In this document: positions 39,171 through 52,866 of the stretch, piece by piece
How positions within the stretch are numbered: position 1 is the first letter of the stretch
Layout: each line of letters begins with the position of its first letter
Origin: Amphiscolops sp. MND2022
Taxonomy: Eukaryota
Assembly: GCA_964187785.1 (NCBI GenBank)
Contig: OZ076409.1
Span: 99,326,001-99,390,000 of the forward strand
DNA length: 64,000 bases
Direction: 5' to 3'
Notes under the pieces: model-generated
The model's database searches: none
What the model saw: the letters and a program-made list of their open reading frames with translations, nothing else
Told to the model about the DNA's origin: nothing
Program-made: the position numbers and the translations under genes

Positions 39171-39353
39171 CAGTCAAACTCGGATAAAAGAAACTCATTG
39201 GGCGGTGAGAAAAGAGTTTCTTTTATCCATAGTTTCTTCTATCAGTTGTCCTATTAACGTAGAAAGTTTGACTTGCATAAAATCGGAGGAGTGGAAACGT
39301 TTCTTACACCGAATGTTTCGTTTATCCGTGTTTCTTTTATCCGAGTTCGACTG
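39171..39353. mobile_element. Tc1/pogo (Tigger-like) MITE
   Basis: TA|cagtcaaactcggataaaagaaac ... gtttcttttatccgagttcgactg|TA; second copy at 61112-61299. Confidence 0.85.
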
Positions 39354-40101
39354 TAATTCAAAAATTTGTCAGTTCGAGGTCTTAGAAATTGCAGGCAATA
39401 TTAGTGACTTTTTGTGAAAAAGTGTCAACTACAATTCACAGTTTTTTTGAATGGACACTAAATAATTGATAAAATAATGCAGCTGAACAATTAAAAATAT
39501 ATGTGAACAAATGAACTTCGAAAAAATTTTTCCACATACGAGATTGGCGATGTTTTTTTCAGACCGGAAATGCAACTGAACCCAACCGGATGTGTGATCG
39601 TGATCGAAATGAGATCTTCTCAGAAGTTGAAGCTAATGAATTTTTCTTCAAGTTTATTTCTTGAGAAGTTTTCGTAAAATGGAAATTTGCAAAGTGATTG
39701 CCTAAAAACCTGTTTTTCAGATACAAGATTGCCGGAGTTTAATACCGACTTCCGACTTCATTTCTAGTCGGCGCTTTCTCAGAAAGAACAGACTATAGTA
39801 CTGGCTAATTTTTTAGCGACGAAGTGACAGATTTTATAAATTTCTATAAATTTTGTTCAACAACTACGGACCTAGAAAACGTACTAGAACCTCGCAAACA
39901 TACCAAAGGTCCCCCTTTGGTTATCTTGGTGTTTTTAACTTTGATTTTTTATTTCGGCACTGTGAGACTTTTTCCCGAAAATTTTTTCGGCGCTTTCTTA
40001 GAACATACATAACATCTAACACGTACATAAATTCGGATAAATTGTTTTCAAAGTTCGGATGTAATTGAGAATTTAATGTAATGTAAGGAAGGTAAACGTA
40101 C

Positions 40102-40419
40102 ATGGCGTCTGACTTCATGATGTTCGTGAAAGTTGAGCGGTCGGAGGACGAGGGTTGTTCGTTGAAGTGAAGGTGCCCGTTAGTCAGGTGTTGAGGGGTG
40201 TCCTGTGAAGACTCGAACAGGGCGGCTCCTCTCCCCTCACCCACTGATTGGGATGACATGGGCAGGGTGTCACAAAACACATCCTGGAAGTGCAATTGTT
40301 GCGAACTGGAGAGACGTCCGAAGTACTGGAATGGCTCCGGTTTCCATTGCTTCACGAAACTCAGTTTGCCCGAGTACACGTCGTTCGTGATGATTTTGCC
40401 CACGCTCCATAGTAAAAAC
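40102..40419 (-). CDS. Sphingosine-kinase-like gene, first visible exon (5' exons missing)
   Basis: ttccag|G ... AT|gtacgt; RFLLWSVGKIITNDVYSGKLSFVKQ resembles SPHK RFTLG...TYRGRLAYLP, followed by low-complexity sequence; phase 2/2. Confidence 0.82.
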
Positions 40420-42395
40420 CTGGAACCGATCAATACTAGGGAACAAATTGTTAACTGCCTTGAGAAACTTCAGGGTACAGTGAACACGACAACCCAACCC
40501 ATTTCGTTTGACCCAAATCAAAAATCTCAATAGTTTTTTTCAAAAAGAAAATGGATTCACTGGTCAATGTACTAGCAGACCAAAAATTTTTCAATGTTAA
40601 AATTTGAATTTTCAGTTGTGGAAGTAATCCAGGAATTGTTCTGTTAAATTCGAAAAGATTCATTTTTGCACATGACGAAGTCAATGTGCATTGCAGTCCA
40701 GCTAAGTAAGTTTTTTTCCACAATAGTCAACTTCATAATGAGCCTCTTAGATAAAAGCCAAAACCCTAGAGAGATTCGAACCTGCAGCCTCCCGATTGCA
40801 CGGCATAAGTGTTGACCACTGTGCCATAGGGACGTTATTGAACAAAGTTGAACTGTTGAATATATACGCATGCGATTGAATATATACGATTTTTCGGCAT
40901 TCGTCTAGCCATGATTCGTCTTCGTCATGTGTTGCGAAGCACCGCTTCGCCTCTGTGTTGAAATTGTCCTTGACTTTTTCAACTTGTAACTCGATCAACT
41001 CTAGGAGGAATGTAAAAGGGCTCATGGATGTACCATATAGCCGAACGATGGTAAAACAAAAATCGTTGTCAAATACCATGATAAGAGCTTATAATTGGCT
41101 GATGGACTTTGATTTGATTCCGGAGAGTTTAGAAGCTTTAACCAAAAATGAAATTAATGTGTACCTCACGGACATTTTGTCAGTCTATATCCTGAACAAT
41201 AAAGATTTGATGGCGATGTTTTTTGTAATACTTTAATACTGGATTCTGTTGTGATCGAGATCAAATGGGCGCAAACTTGAGAGCATTGATGCTCATTTTG
41301 CGTTCACATTGGATTAATATTTACCTAATTAGAAATACTCTTAATGTAATATATAATAATCCAATGAAATTCAATATTCTATGTTTTGCCTACAGTACAT
41401 AAGAAAGCCTAAAACATCGTCTCGACTTCCAGTACTGTAATGAATTGGACCCCTAATTGTAAAAATGATTTGGCCGGAAACCCGACTATCTCGAAACTTG
41501 AGTTACACTGGAGGTAATAAAAAATGTTTTAACAAACTTCATTCAATAAGTAAAGGCACTTCGGAATCAGTTTTGCGAACAATTCCTTTTCCAAGTTTTT
41601 GTATGTTAATCTCAGAATTTTCCAACTAAAATGTTTGTAACCTTAATAAAAAGTCAATAAACTTCCAGTTTTGCAGTTTTTAGGAGTCGGAAAAGTACTG
41701 AAAATACCTGATATGTATCAGACACTGCAATGCAAGGCACTATATACTGGATCCATTTCACTATGCCCCCTTTTGACTCGATACATTATGCCCCCCGTAT
41801 TCGTTTTCATTTGCAAATCACCACTCAGCCAATCAGAAGCGTTCATATTTCATGGATGTATTTAAAAGTGTTCTTATTTGTCCTCCACCTTTGCGATGTA
41901 TCTAACAACGTTTCATTTTGTCTGCCCTTTTTGCTATTGGGGGACATAGTGAAAGAGATCCTATATTCATTTCATTTTTGAGAAATTTAACGGATCCATT
42001 AAATCTGTACTAAGTGGATCCCTGGTACTGGTTTTCACTGGATAACTGTACCGTGTTTGTTCCTGAAGCCCGGTCACGTTACTGCCTGCCTTTTTAACGC
42101 CATCAAGTTTCCTATTGATAAAGTTCAATCTTTCTTAGTTCTAGCGAGTTGTTGAGATTGTATATAACTTTTTTCATCTTTTGACTTATAACTATTCATC
42201 TTTCGAAAAATGCTTGCCCTCTGAGCTATAACATTCAAAGAGCTATTGTCCCTGCAACCGCAGTACGAAGTAAACAACACGCGTCTTTAGCTTCTCTTCA
42301 ATTACCAAACTGATTATTGAGATTAAAGGTTTCATGAGTTCCTTGGGGGCAGTGTATTGTACACGATGTACGATTATACAAAAAAACTACGAAAT

Positions 42396-42595
42396 NNNNN
42401 NNNNNNNNNNNNNNNNNNNNNNNNNNNNNNNNNNNNNNNNNNNNNNNNNNNNNNNNNNNNNNNNNNNNNNNNNNNNNNNNNNNNNNNNNNNNNNNNNNNN
42501 NNNNNNNNNNNNNNNNNNNNNNNNNNNNNNNNNNNNNNNNNNNNNNNNNNNNNNNNNNNNNNNNNNNNNNNNNNNNNNNNNNNNNNNNNNNNNNN
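42396..42595. other. Assembly gap (200 N)
   Basis: Exactly 200 Ns, followed by ggatc. Confidence 0.99.
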
Positions 42596-44112
42596 GGATC
42601 GGAAAATGAATAAAGGTATGTTGCCATAAAGCAACGCTGGGTTGATTAGGGTTAACTTCCTGTTATGAAAGAAGGTTTTACTTTTATTTAAGCTAGTCTG
42701 AACTTTTTAAAGGAATTTACTTTCGAAAAATTAAATTTTGGTTGGGGGGGGGGGCAGAAAAGAGTCCTCACTTAACTGTCAACAAGACAGGAACCTCTCA
42801 AGATGTCGCCCCGCCTAAGGCTCAAAAGGGGCTAAGTTTTAAAAGTGCTCAGGGCGTTTTTGAGTAAAGTTTTCAATCATAGGAGTAACAATTTTTTGAC
42901 GTTACATCCGGATATTATTACTCTATGGGCGGTATAGCCGAAGAAATGCGCTATATTCGAATATTCAACGTTGTATCCGGGTAGGGCTACTCTATATACG
43001 TTTATAATTTGTTGTAAAATATCAAAAATTGAAGGGGCCCTTTGGTCTCGTCCGGTTTTGTATGCTACGTTAAAAATGGAATAAATAAATAAAGGTGGAG
43101 TTTTTGCACTAACTTAAGATGCGTTTCCGCTGGCCGGAATTGGCCGGCTCAGCAGTTTAGTAGTTTCTCTAAAAAGTGTGCACTATGCCAAAAGCGTCAA
43201 TACAATTCTGTTATCTGACGAGAAACAGAAAAACTTGCCACTGCTAAACTAGATCAAAATGTTGTATTTTTCGGTCGACCATTGATCCTCAATGGAGTGA
43301 AATCCTCAATCTAGTCAATATTTCCACCAAACCATATTGTAAATGAGAGTGTTTTTGATGGAAATGGTTTGAAGCTGCATTGAAATTTTCATTCAAGGAG
43401 CTTCGAAATTATTTTAAAAATTGAAAGTCGTGTTTGCTCTGAAATTTTGGTAGTGTGCTAAGTTTTCGGTGACTTCAAACAATATCATCAAGTTCGATTT
43501 TGCCAGTATATGCTAGTTTGTTTCTACAACTGATAAAATTTCGCTTTTGAGTTTTCAAAGCTTTTTTTTCGATTCATGATTTAAAAAAATTGAAACTGCA
43601 TATCGAACCCCATAAAGGTTTTTTGTACCATTTTTCAGAAATTTTGTGTTGAGACGATCGGCTAGATTTTGTTTGAGTTTGAAACATCGCCACTTTGGCT
43701 TCTGCTAATTAGTTGCTAACTTCAAGTTGCCATCCTACAATCAAACGGTATACGCTTCAAAAGTTTTCACTGCTGCTATCAGATTTTTCAAGCATTCTGA
43801 TACCTAAATGTAATTGCGCGTTTGCTGGTTTCCAAAAAAGTTTTTTTTCGACTGGTGTAATTTTCGAAAGTGTAATTTTCGACCTGTTTTATTATCGGAG
43901 AAGCAGAAGGGATGACCAATCGGTATATTTCTATGATTTATATAACCTATGATTGAGTTTATTTCTCTTCAATAGTTTATTTAACGGATCCGTTGAACAA
44001 ATTTTCATGACCAAAAATCGTCGAAAACTGACTTTGTCACTGTTTTAAGTTTTGCACTTTGAACCAGTTAAATTGGAATTTGAATAAAGCAAATTCTTGT
44101 CAAGGTGTTACG

Positions 44113-44467
44113 CAGAGTTTTGACATGGTTGTTTTTTCGATAATTGCTGCACCGCTAATTTCAAAATCGCTCTTTCGCTGAAAACTTTTCCAAATTATTG
44201 AATGTTTGGATTCAAATATGTTACAAAATTCAGTGATAACTTTATTCACTTTTTGCGAGAAAAAAGACTGGAATTTTTTATGCTGTGTGGGTTTTACAGG
44301 TGAAGTGTTTGAATTTTCAAAATTCATTTTGAAAGCATGCTCCGAAGAAACTTTGAATTTTGACAATCTCTTAGTTGCCGCTAATTTGAATCGCTAATAA
44401 AATCGCTTAAAAAATTCTGCGCGGCCGCTAATTCGCTAAATCGCTGATTAGCGGTGTCAAAACTCTG
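44113..44467. mobile_element. hAT-type MITE
   Basis: TIR cagagttttgaca / tgtcaaaactctg; TSD gtgttacg / gtgttatg. Relatives near 7793-8146, 8890-9040, 28400-28700, 50160-50418. Confidence 0.8.
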
Positions 44468-47417
44468 GTGTTATGAACCATGGTTGGAAAAATTCCCGAT
44501 TTCCGAACCGAAACCGAAACTTCGTGCTTATTTTTCATTTGTATAACGTTGTCCGTATGAAAATTGTCCTACTTATTTTTTTCCAATTGGTAAAATGAAG
44601 CATTTTATCACCGTATTACGTTCAACGTATCACTTCAATGAATGGCTTTTATGTATTGAAAATATCACTGTTCCGTTAAACATCCGAAAAATCTGTTCAT
44701 TTAGCTGGTCATCATTCGTTTTTGAAACTCATGTTTTGCATTCGAAAATGAATCATGGTGTTCTTCACCAGATGAGTTTGGCTACGCTGCCAGAAATTTG
44801 GCGGTTGTGCCAAATCTAACCAACGCTGAAGCTTTATTCAAATTTAGCTATACTTTCTTTCATACTAACTGTACTTCATTAATTCTATTACTGCGGTTAC
44901 AACTGTGAAACTAAAATTTTCAAACGTCAGAAACGTGCGACTTTTTAGGCGTAAAACCTTCGATTTAGGCAAAAAAATGCGGAATAATAACCAAGAAAGT
45001 CGGGAAAACTTTCGAAATGTCCGAAAGTGCTACTACCTTATATTTCAAAATTACGTTTTTGGGACTTTTTAGTGTTGTTTCTGTTATGTCGAAAACGCAC
45101 GCAATTAAAAATCAATTTTTTGTCAGAATTTTTGCGGCACTCGAACAGAATCGATTCATTTCAATGTGTAACATATTCCTAAAAATGTGCCATGTTTTTG
45201 ACATACACATAAGCTATATTTTATAAACACATCACAAAAACTCGGAAAACAATTGGCTAATTTAGGCGCCGAGCTAATTTCACCTTCCTAGTCATAGCGA
45301 TTATCGGTTATAACCAGTCTGAGGGCCCAATTATCAAAAACTTAGGCCCGATTATGGAATGTTATCTGAGGCCCGAAAATTTATTCATCGAAATTATTAT
45401 TATAACGTAGTCAGCTATGTTCACATACCCCTAGTGCCTTGAACTCAGGAGCTAAGCGAAGCAGAGCGACGCACCACTACTAGTTTAGCGATTGGTTTTG
45501 ACGAAGGCTGACTTTGATTGGCAGAAGGAGAAAAGCCGAGTTATACAACCAGGATTTTCGATATTTGGCTGAAATAGTCACTGAATTGATCGGGCCTCAA
45601 ATATACTACCCGGAGCTCTTCCCAGAAAATTACCTTGGAGTTGACTTTTTCAACTTTTTTTTCGTCGGCGCTTTTTTGAAGAAAAGAGTTGACTATAGTC
45701 ATGGCTTTTCGTCAGTATTTTTTTATACACCTGAAGTGTCCAAAATAGTTCTACCAAAAGTTCTACCCCTCATTCGACAATAACACAACCCATACCGGAT
45801 TTAACGCCAACCGGATATAACGAATTCCGGATATAACGTATACCGGATATAGCGTTTCTTGTTTTTTTTAAGACCGTTGAAGTGACAGATTTTTTCCATT
45901 TCTATCAATTTTGTTCATTTTGTTCAACTTGCAGACAACTTGCTTAGAACATAAACATCTAACACGTACAAAAATTCGGATAAAACGTTCTCAAAGTTCG
46001 GATGTAACTTTTTTAAAATTCGGATATAACGTTTTCATTTCTCGTGTAATGTCATCGATTTTTCCCCAAAATTTCACGTAATTTGCGTCCAATGTAAAAC
46101 TTTGGGGTCAGGTTTTCAGTGCTGTAAGACTTTTTTGACTAGGAAAAGTCTAAGAAATATTGAATTTGTACATTCCGTTAGTTGCCGCTAATAAAATCGC
46201 TGAAAAGTTCTGCGCTGCCACTAAATCGCTGATTAGCGCTGTCAACTTTGATTCAGTGTGTTTTCAAATGAAATGTGTGATTATTATTTTCCGCCCCACA
46301 AATTATTTGTTTATGGGAGGTAAATCATCATCTGAGGTGCGTTTTTCTCCAAATTCTGCCAAATCTCCATGTAAGTGGCTCTCTCAGTCAGTTGCTATTT
46401 GAGTTACGATGGCTCAGTTGGTAGTGTATCCGCCTATCAATCAGTAGATGGTGGATTCGAATCTCGCCTCCGCCTGATTTGTTTTGACAAGGCGGAAAGT
46501 ATCCAGTGTTTAGCGGGCGTCTTGTATCGGCATCATCATGGAGCCTCGCCCCTGCGCTTAAGCCCAAGGCAAAATAGTTTTCAAAAATGTTGCTCAAAAA
46601 TACCAAATAAAAAAACCGAATACGTTCAGAACTTGATTAGTATCCAGCAAAAGTTTCCTTTTTTGAAGTAAACTAAGACCTTCGAGACATCGACTCTTCT
46701 GACATAAACGTCTCAGAAGTTTGGAATCAAAAGGTCAAAATTGGAAGATCGCCAACAATCGCAAAAAAGTGAAAACATTCAGTGACTCTTAGAAGTAGTT
46801 AATTTCCCCATTACCGCGGGGTGGACGCCGAATAGGCAGTTCTGCATTTCTAAGTCGGCGCCCTTTCTGATACGATCTCCCCATAGGAAGCTATGGTACC
46901 ATATTTGCAGCCAAGTGGTCAAGCAATGGTTTTCTCGAAGCTGTGGTTTCAAAGTGACTTGCTCAACGTCACAAAGGTGTGACTGCTCACCGTTGCTTTT
47001 TCTTTTTGCTTTTCGCCGCCAAATGCGTTATTTTTTGTCATTGACCATACCACCAAGCTAGGGATGAAAGACTTGCTCAAGGCCCAACAATGGTGAGTTG
47101 AGAGAGATTCGAACCTGATACCGCCCCAGTATAGGACGAATGCTCTAACCACTAGACCATGCTCCCGTACCACTACAACAAAAGTGCCCCGCATATTTTT
47201 TGAAATTGACGAATTAATCTCAGCTGATGAAATTTTGGAAAAAAACTTATCCTTCAACTTGGATTAGAATGGATCTAAAAAGGTGCAACTGTCAAACTTT
47301 TTCGGCACTGCGAGACAAAACATTTCCCCAACTATGCCCAGTTTTTTGAATAAGAACCATTTTTTTCGGCTGAGGCTCGCTGTTCTTGAACTAATTGTGT
47401 GACTATTTCAGATTGAC

Positions 47418-47690
47418 ATGTCGGATGCATCAGCTATGGCGGGTGTGGGTGGTAATGGTGACGTCACCGGAGGGGGACAGGGAGACAGCGGCAAGGCGGA
47501 CCTGTTGGTGCGGAGGGGGCCCTCGGGTGAGCCGAGACGCTTCAGGGTGTGCTGCATCGGGGCGGGGTACGTGGGGGGCCCCACATGCAGCGTCATCGCC
47601 TGGAAGTGTCCCGTGGTCGACGTCACTGTGGTCGATATGAACCAGGACAGAATCAACCAGTGGAACTCGGATTCGCTGCCCATCTACGAG
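47418..47690 (+). CDS. UGDH: UDP-glucose 6-dehydrogenase, coding exon 1
   Basis: Encodes [23 protein letters not shown]...VTVVD...[10 protein letters not shown] (Rossmann GxGxxG of animal UGDH). Acceptor tttcag ends at 47411, ATG at 47418, donor GTGCGT at 47691; 273 nt, phase 0. Confidence 0.97.
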
Positions 47691-47718
47691 GTGCGTGAAT
47701 ATAAATACAAATACAATA

Positions 47719-47896
47719 CAGTGGATCCCGGATATAAGAAACTCGCTTATAAGAAATGCCCGCCCGCTTATAGTCAATGCGTATCTTGGCCCCGACTGGC
47801 AATTTCATTCCTTTTAAAACCCTGATATAAGAAAGTTCGAATATAAGAAACACGAATAGTCGTTTCCCTGATGTTGATTATATCCGGGATCCACTG
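47719..47896. mobile_element. Tc1/pogo-like MITE in the UGDH intron after coding exon 1
   Basis: TA|cagtggatcccggatataa ... ttatatccgggatccactg|TA. Confidence 0.88.
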
Positions 47897-50570
47897 TATT
47901 TGTTGATACATACAATATAACTATAATATTGTAAAAGTATAAGTATAATAAGTATAAGTATAATACAGTAGAATCCGGTTAATAACACAATAACTGATTG
48001 TAGCTTGCTTGTCGATAATTTATATGTCAATCTAAAACAATTATTTTTTCCAATAATTGTACCTTTGACAATAAATATATTTTTTGTCAAAAAATATTTT
48101 ATTGTATTGTCAATAATTTAAATGTTCTAAAATATCGCAACTCCATTGCTTAAAATAACCATATTTCAAAAACAAATACCTTGGAAATATCTTGGAAAGC
48201 TAAAACTGCTAGGAATACGAAAAATCGTCAGCTAGGAAAGTTTCTCAGAATTTTTTGTAGTTTACAAAAATGTTTGTTTGAAATTTCTACGACCCATATT
48301 GAAAAAGCTGGAAATTGCAAATTTTGGGAAAATTTAATTGAAATTTGAGTTTTTTCGATATTTGAGAGGTTTAAATTCAACTTTTTTTGGAAATTGAAGA
48401 TATTCGGAGATTCCTTACAATCTCCGGAACCTATTGAATTGTCCTGATTGAAAATTACTTTCAAATCAGAAAAAAATATACTCTATTTTGTGTCTAATAC
48501 ATATTTGTTGATACATGTAATACTTACACAGTGATGAAAATCAACCGAAATCTTAAATAACGGGCATAGCTAATTTGCTTGAAATTTTTCCTGATTTTTA
48601 GTCGGCGCTTTTCGTAGAAAACGCAGATTATAGCAGTGACTTTTCTTTTTTTCAGTCGGCGCTTTTCGTAGAAAACGCAGACTATAGCAGTGACTTTTTT
48701 AAGACCAACGAAGTGACAGATTTTATATGCTTTATAAGCTGACTTGCACTGACACTAACTGCCACACTACTTCTACTGGCACTTGGCATAGAGGTTAATA
48801 AGGCTTTTTTGAGGTCTGCCGAGCAGAAGTCCGAGTCTCGCCTTTGACCAATTTTTTTGCATGTTATTTCGGCTTTGTGAGACTTTTTTTCGCAGTTTTT
48901 TTCAATGTCTCCCAAGGGTCCCCCTTCAATTTTTTTTCCTTTTTGCAACATAATGGTTGTTCAGAAAATCCCAATGGATCCCCCCTTTTACACATTTTTC
49001 GGCACTATGCGACTTACCGGAGACCAAAAAAATTCGAGAAAAAAATTTCAAAAAATTCGGAATTTTTCAATTTTTTCCTCGCGGGTACTGTAGAAGAGAG
49101 TACTTGACATTTTGAAGTTCTTTTGCTATTTTTGAGCCTTAGATATTGCGCCGACTTGGGCCATTCCTGGCTTGTTTAGTTCAAAAATTCTCAAGAATGA
49201 TTTAGAAAAGAGGTTAAACTTTTGCGACAATTTTTACATAATTTGGTCATTCCTGAATGCCGGTTAGCCCTTCTCTGTCGAACGCGACGGTTCCCCTGTA
49301 CCCAATTGTTATGTAACCACATGTCTTTTTCGTGACGTCATTCAGGATCTTTTTCGGCACTGGGAGACTGACTGAATTTTTTTTAAAAAAATAGTTTTCT
49401 CATTGTTTTGATTTTTTTTTCATTTTTGAAGCTCTGTGTTTTTTTTTACAAATATGCAAATATGTTGTAATAACTTTTGAACTCATACTGAAAGCAGTGA
49501 TGAACAATATAAGGGATCAGTTTAAAATCCGTTAAATGGATCCCTTAAATATTCCATTAGTTAAAAATACAAAAACCATTAATGGAATCGCTTTTATTTC
49601 ACATTATTTCCAACGTATGCATTACGCCTTTGAATTGGCTAGTTTGTATATAGATAGGGTTGCTGGATTTTGAAAATTAGATGTGTATTAATTTATGTCT
49701 GTATGACGTTCCGGTATATAAATATGATACATGTCTATCAAGAGACTCCTTAGTCGAGATTGCTTAAACTTCTTACATGCTGCATGGAAACATGCAGGCT
49801 AATTTTTTTACAAAACATGAAAAATCCAGGGGGCATGCATGAAAAAAAATTGTAAACCTTCCAAGCGGTTCTTCTTTAAAAATTAGGAAGCAAGAAAACG
49901 AAGGCTCCGAAACAGCCTTGGAAAACTTATTCATACGCCTTCTCTTGATCTTGAAACCTTGTGTACTTCATCAAAAAATTAATCCAAATGGAATAAATCA
50001 ATTCGATCATTACAAGACGAGACAAATAAATACAAAGAGACAATTCTGAAGCATTCAAATTTATTATCACATCATACGAAGTTGCCTAGGCCAACACAAG
50101 TTCGTAGCTTCAGAAATCTGCAAGGCCAGACCAGTTTCCAATTCTCAAACGTCAATATCAAAGTTTTGACACCTTGCCAAATTTTCTTAGCCGATTTAAT
50201 CACCGATTCAAATTAGCTCCAACTAGTAAACTGTTTAAATTCAAAATTTCCTTAGTTTTGACTTTGTAAAACCCACAGTCTTTTCCCTGGCAAAAATTGA
50301 ATTATTTAATTTTGAAGCATTTTTCCCATCAAACACTTAATTGTTTGAAGAAAAAGTTTTCCAGCGAAAAAGCGATTTTGAAATTAGCGGTTTAGCGATT
50401 AGCGATGCCAAAATCCTGCTTATATGTTATCATTTTGTTTAGGATTCAAAGTTGATTTACTTTTCCCATAACGAAGAATGAGTGAATGGAGTGTCTTGTT
50501 CTCACTGAAACGAATAGCTTGCATGTGGTGGAAATAACACAGTTTAGTTTTCGTGTCGTTGTTGTTTTAG

Positions 50571-50708
50571 CCCGACCTGGATGAAGTGGTAAGCAAGTGT
50601 CGGGGGGTGAATCTGTTCTTCTCCACCGAAATTGACAAACACATCCAAGAAGCAGATCTCATCCTCATGTCAGTGAACACACCCACAAAGAGTTTCGGAA
50701 TGGGCAAG
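50571..50708 (+). CDS. UGDH: UGDH coding exon 2
   Basis: ttttag|CCC ... AAG|gtaacc; [46 protein letters not shown]; 138 nt, phase 0/0. Confidence 0.97.
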
Positions 50709-52333
50709 GTAACCTTCTTCACTCTTTCTCTTTTCATTCACTCATTCAGTGAAAAACACACATTCTTTCTCTCACTTTGAACATGATAAAATACTTTTTT
50801 CGTCGTCAACACTTTTTTCCAGACTCTATCGTCCCTTTTTCGTCGCCAATTCTGGTAGCAGTGAGACAACGCTTTCATTGAGATCAAGCGAACGAGTGTT
50901 AATTATTTGCACGCCGAGAGCTTCGCCTGCATTCAAATGCGAATGCGAAACTTCATAAACGCTTAGTTTCTTCAGATATGTTTTTAGTATGATCTTCTTA
51001 GTATGATCTTCGAAGTTGGCGGCGATTGTAGTCTAAAGCAGAAATCTTACTTAGCCCAGAGGTGTGTATTTTTAGTCGGCGTTTTCGAAGAAAATCCCGA
51101 CTCTTACAGTGGCTAGTTTTTTTTCGTCAGTTCAACGCGTAACGTCCACTTTTTTGTTCATTTGTTCAACATCTTACTTAGCCGAGGTAAACCCGGATAT
51201 TACTTCGAATATATTGTTTCAAAGTTCCCATGGTTCAAAGTTTGGATATAACGTTTTCAAAGTTCGGATGTTCGGATATAACGTTTTCAAAGTTCCGACA
51301 TAACCTTTTTTTCGGCATTGAGACTCAGTTTTTTGGGCATTGAGACTTTTTTCAAAATTTTTTTTCACCAAAAGTGCCCCTCCAATTTTTTGACGATTTT
51401 CGACAGAATGGATGAAAAATCTAAAAGTGTCCCCTTTGGTGCGCCAATTCGGTTCAACTTTTGGGTTTTTTTGGGTGCCGTAGAAGAGAATACTTTGACA
51501 CTTTTAAGTCCTTTTGCTGTTTTTGAGCCTTAGATATGGCGCCGACTTGGGCCGTTCCCGGTTTGTTCAACTCAAAAGAAGTTATTTTTACGCTTATGAT
51601 GATGAGTGAGGAAACGATCATGTATAGATTGAAAAGTCATTCTCATTGTTAATTAGTTTTTTATTAAAAAAATCGTAAATTGAAATGAAGATATGACAAT
51701 AACATTAGTCTAAAAATACAAACATTAATGAAACGCGTTAAAATGGGAGACATCTGCCTGGATCCTGTCCGGAAACGGTATTTCCAAAAATATATATATT
51801 TGTTCGATTGGGGTGTTATTGAGGAATTGCCCCTTCTTCGAGGGTTTCGAGAACTTACTCAGAAAGTTTTTTTTCGGTATTTTCTGCTTGCTGATTCATA
51901 ATGAGAACTCTTCAAGAAAGTTTACCTTGCCTCAACTACTTTTTTGTTACACGACTAATATTGTTAATATTAGTTGTGAGGTATCCAGATTCCATTCTCA
52001 GTCGGCGCATTTCCAGAGAAATAGTGATCGAATCTTGCCGTGGCAAGTTTTTTATCAATCCATATACCTCACTCTTGAATGGTGTATTTTTCTCGCCAAA
52101 GTCCCGCGCTTTGGCTTGGTGGTCAGGGTGCGTGGTGCGCGAGCAGGAGTGCGTGGGTTCGAGTTCCGCTCACTGCGAATTTTTCGTCTTTTTAAATATA
52201 ACCATATTGACTGGATTGTGAATCAATGGACAGGCCCAGATTGTTTCCCGTTCACGTTTTTTGGCGCTGGGCGACTTTTAGAAGAATAATCGAAAATTAT
52301 TTTTATGAAAAAATTTCCCCCTCAAGTTTGGAT

Positions 52334-52866
52334 TTTTAGTCGGCACTTTTCGTAGAAAAACGCAAACTATAGTAGTGACTTTTCTTTTTTTTTCTTTTTA
52401 AGAGCAACGAAGTGACACATTTTATAAGCTTTATAAGCTGGCTCCACTAACTGCCACATTAATGTAGCTTCTGCTTCTAATTTTTGGAGGATTTTTTGAG
52501 ATCTGCCAAGCGGAAGGTCGGGTTCGAGTCCCGCCCATGACCAAAAATTTTTTGTGTTTTTTTCGGCTTTGTAAGACTTTTTTTCGCAATTTTTTTAATG
52601 TCTCCAAAGGGTCCCCCTTCATTTTTTCTATTTTGCAAAAGAATGGATGTTGAAAAACTCCCGAAGGGCCCCTTTTACACATTTTTCGGCACTATGCGAC
52701 TTACCGGAGACCAAAAAAAATCGAGAGAAAAATTTCAAAAAATTCGGATTTTTCCAATTTTTTCCTCACGCGGGTACTGTAGAAGAGAATACTTGACACT
52801 TTGAAGTCCTTTTGCTATTTTTTAGCTTGAGATGTGGCGCCGACGTGGGCCGTTCCCGGCTTGTTT
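52334..52866 (+). mobile_element. Helentron-like family A copy with internal tRNA-like B-box module
   Basis: Family A termini plus gggttcgagtcccgcccatgacca near 52519-52543. Similar copies at 48595-49177, 35920-36414 (-), 21650-22088 (-), 63652-64000 (-). Confidence 0.75.

Noticed and set aside
42298..42634. ORFs spanning X residues
   Set aside because: Artefacts of the N gap.
46405..47166. Functional tRNA genes (46408-46472 +, 47095-47166 -; also 7441-7495, 38073-38140, 52105-52175)
   Set aside because: A/B boxes are present but acceptor and anticodon stems do not pair convincingly, and several lie inside repeats; treated as tRNA-derived modules.
47395..47777. Overlapping and antisense ORFs at UGDH exon 1 (also 36591-36844, 33416-33693, 40198-40533 over SPHK-like exons)
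   Set aside because: Shadows of GC-rich coding exons.
51813..52289. 158-aa ORF in a UGDH intron
   Set aside because: GTG start, F/L/I-rich AT-biased composition, crosses a tRNA-like repeat, no recognisable motif.
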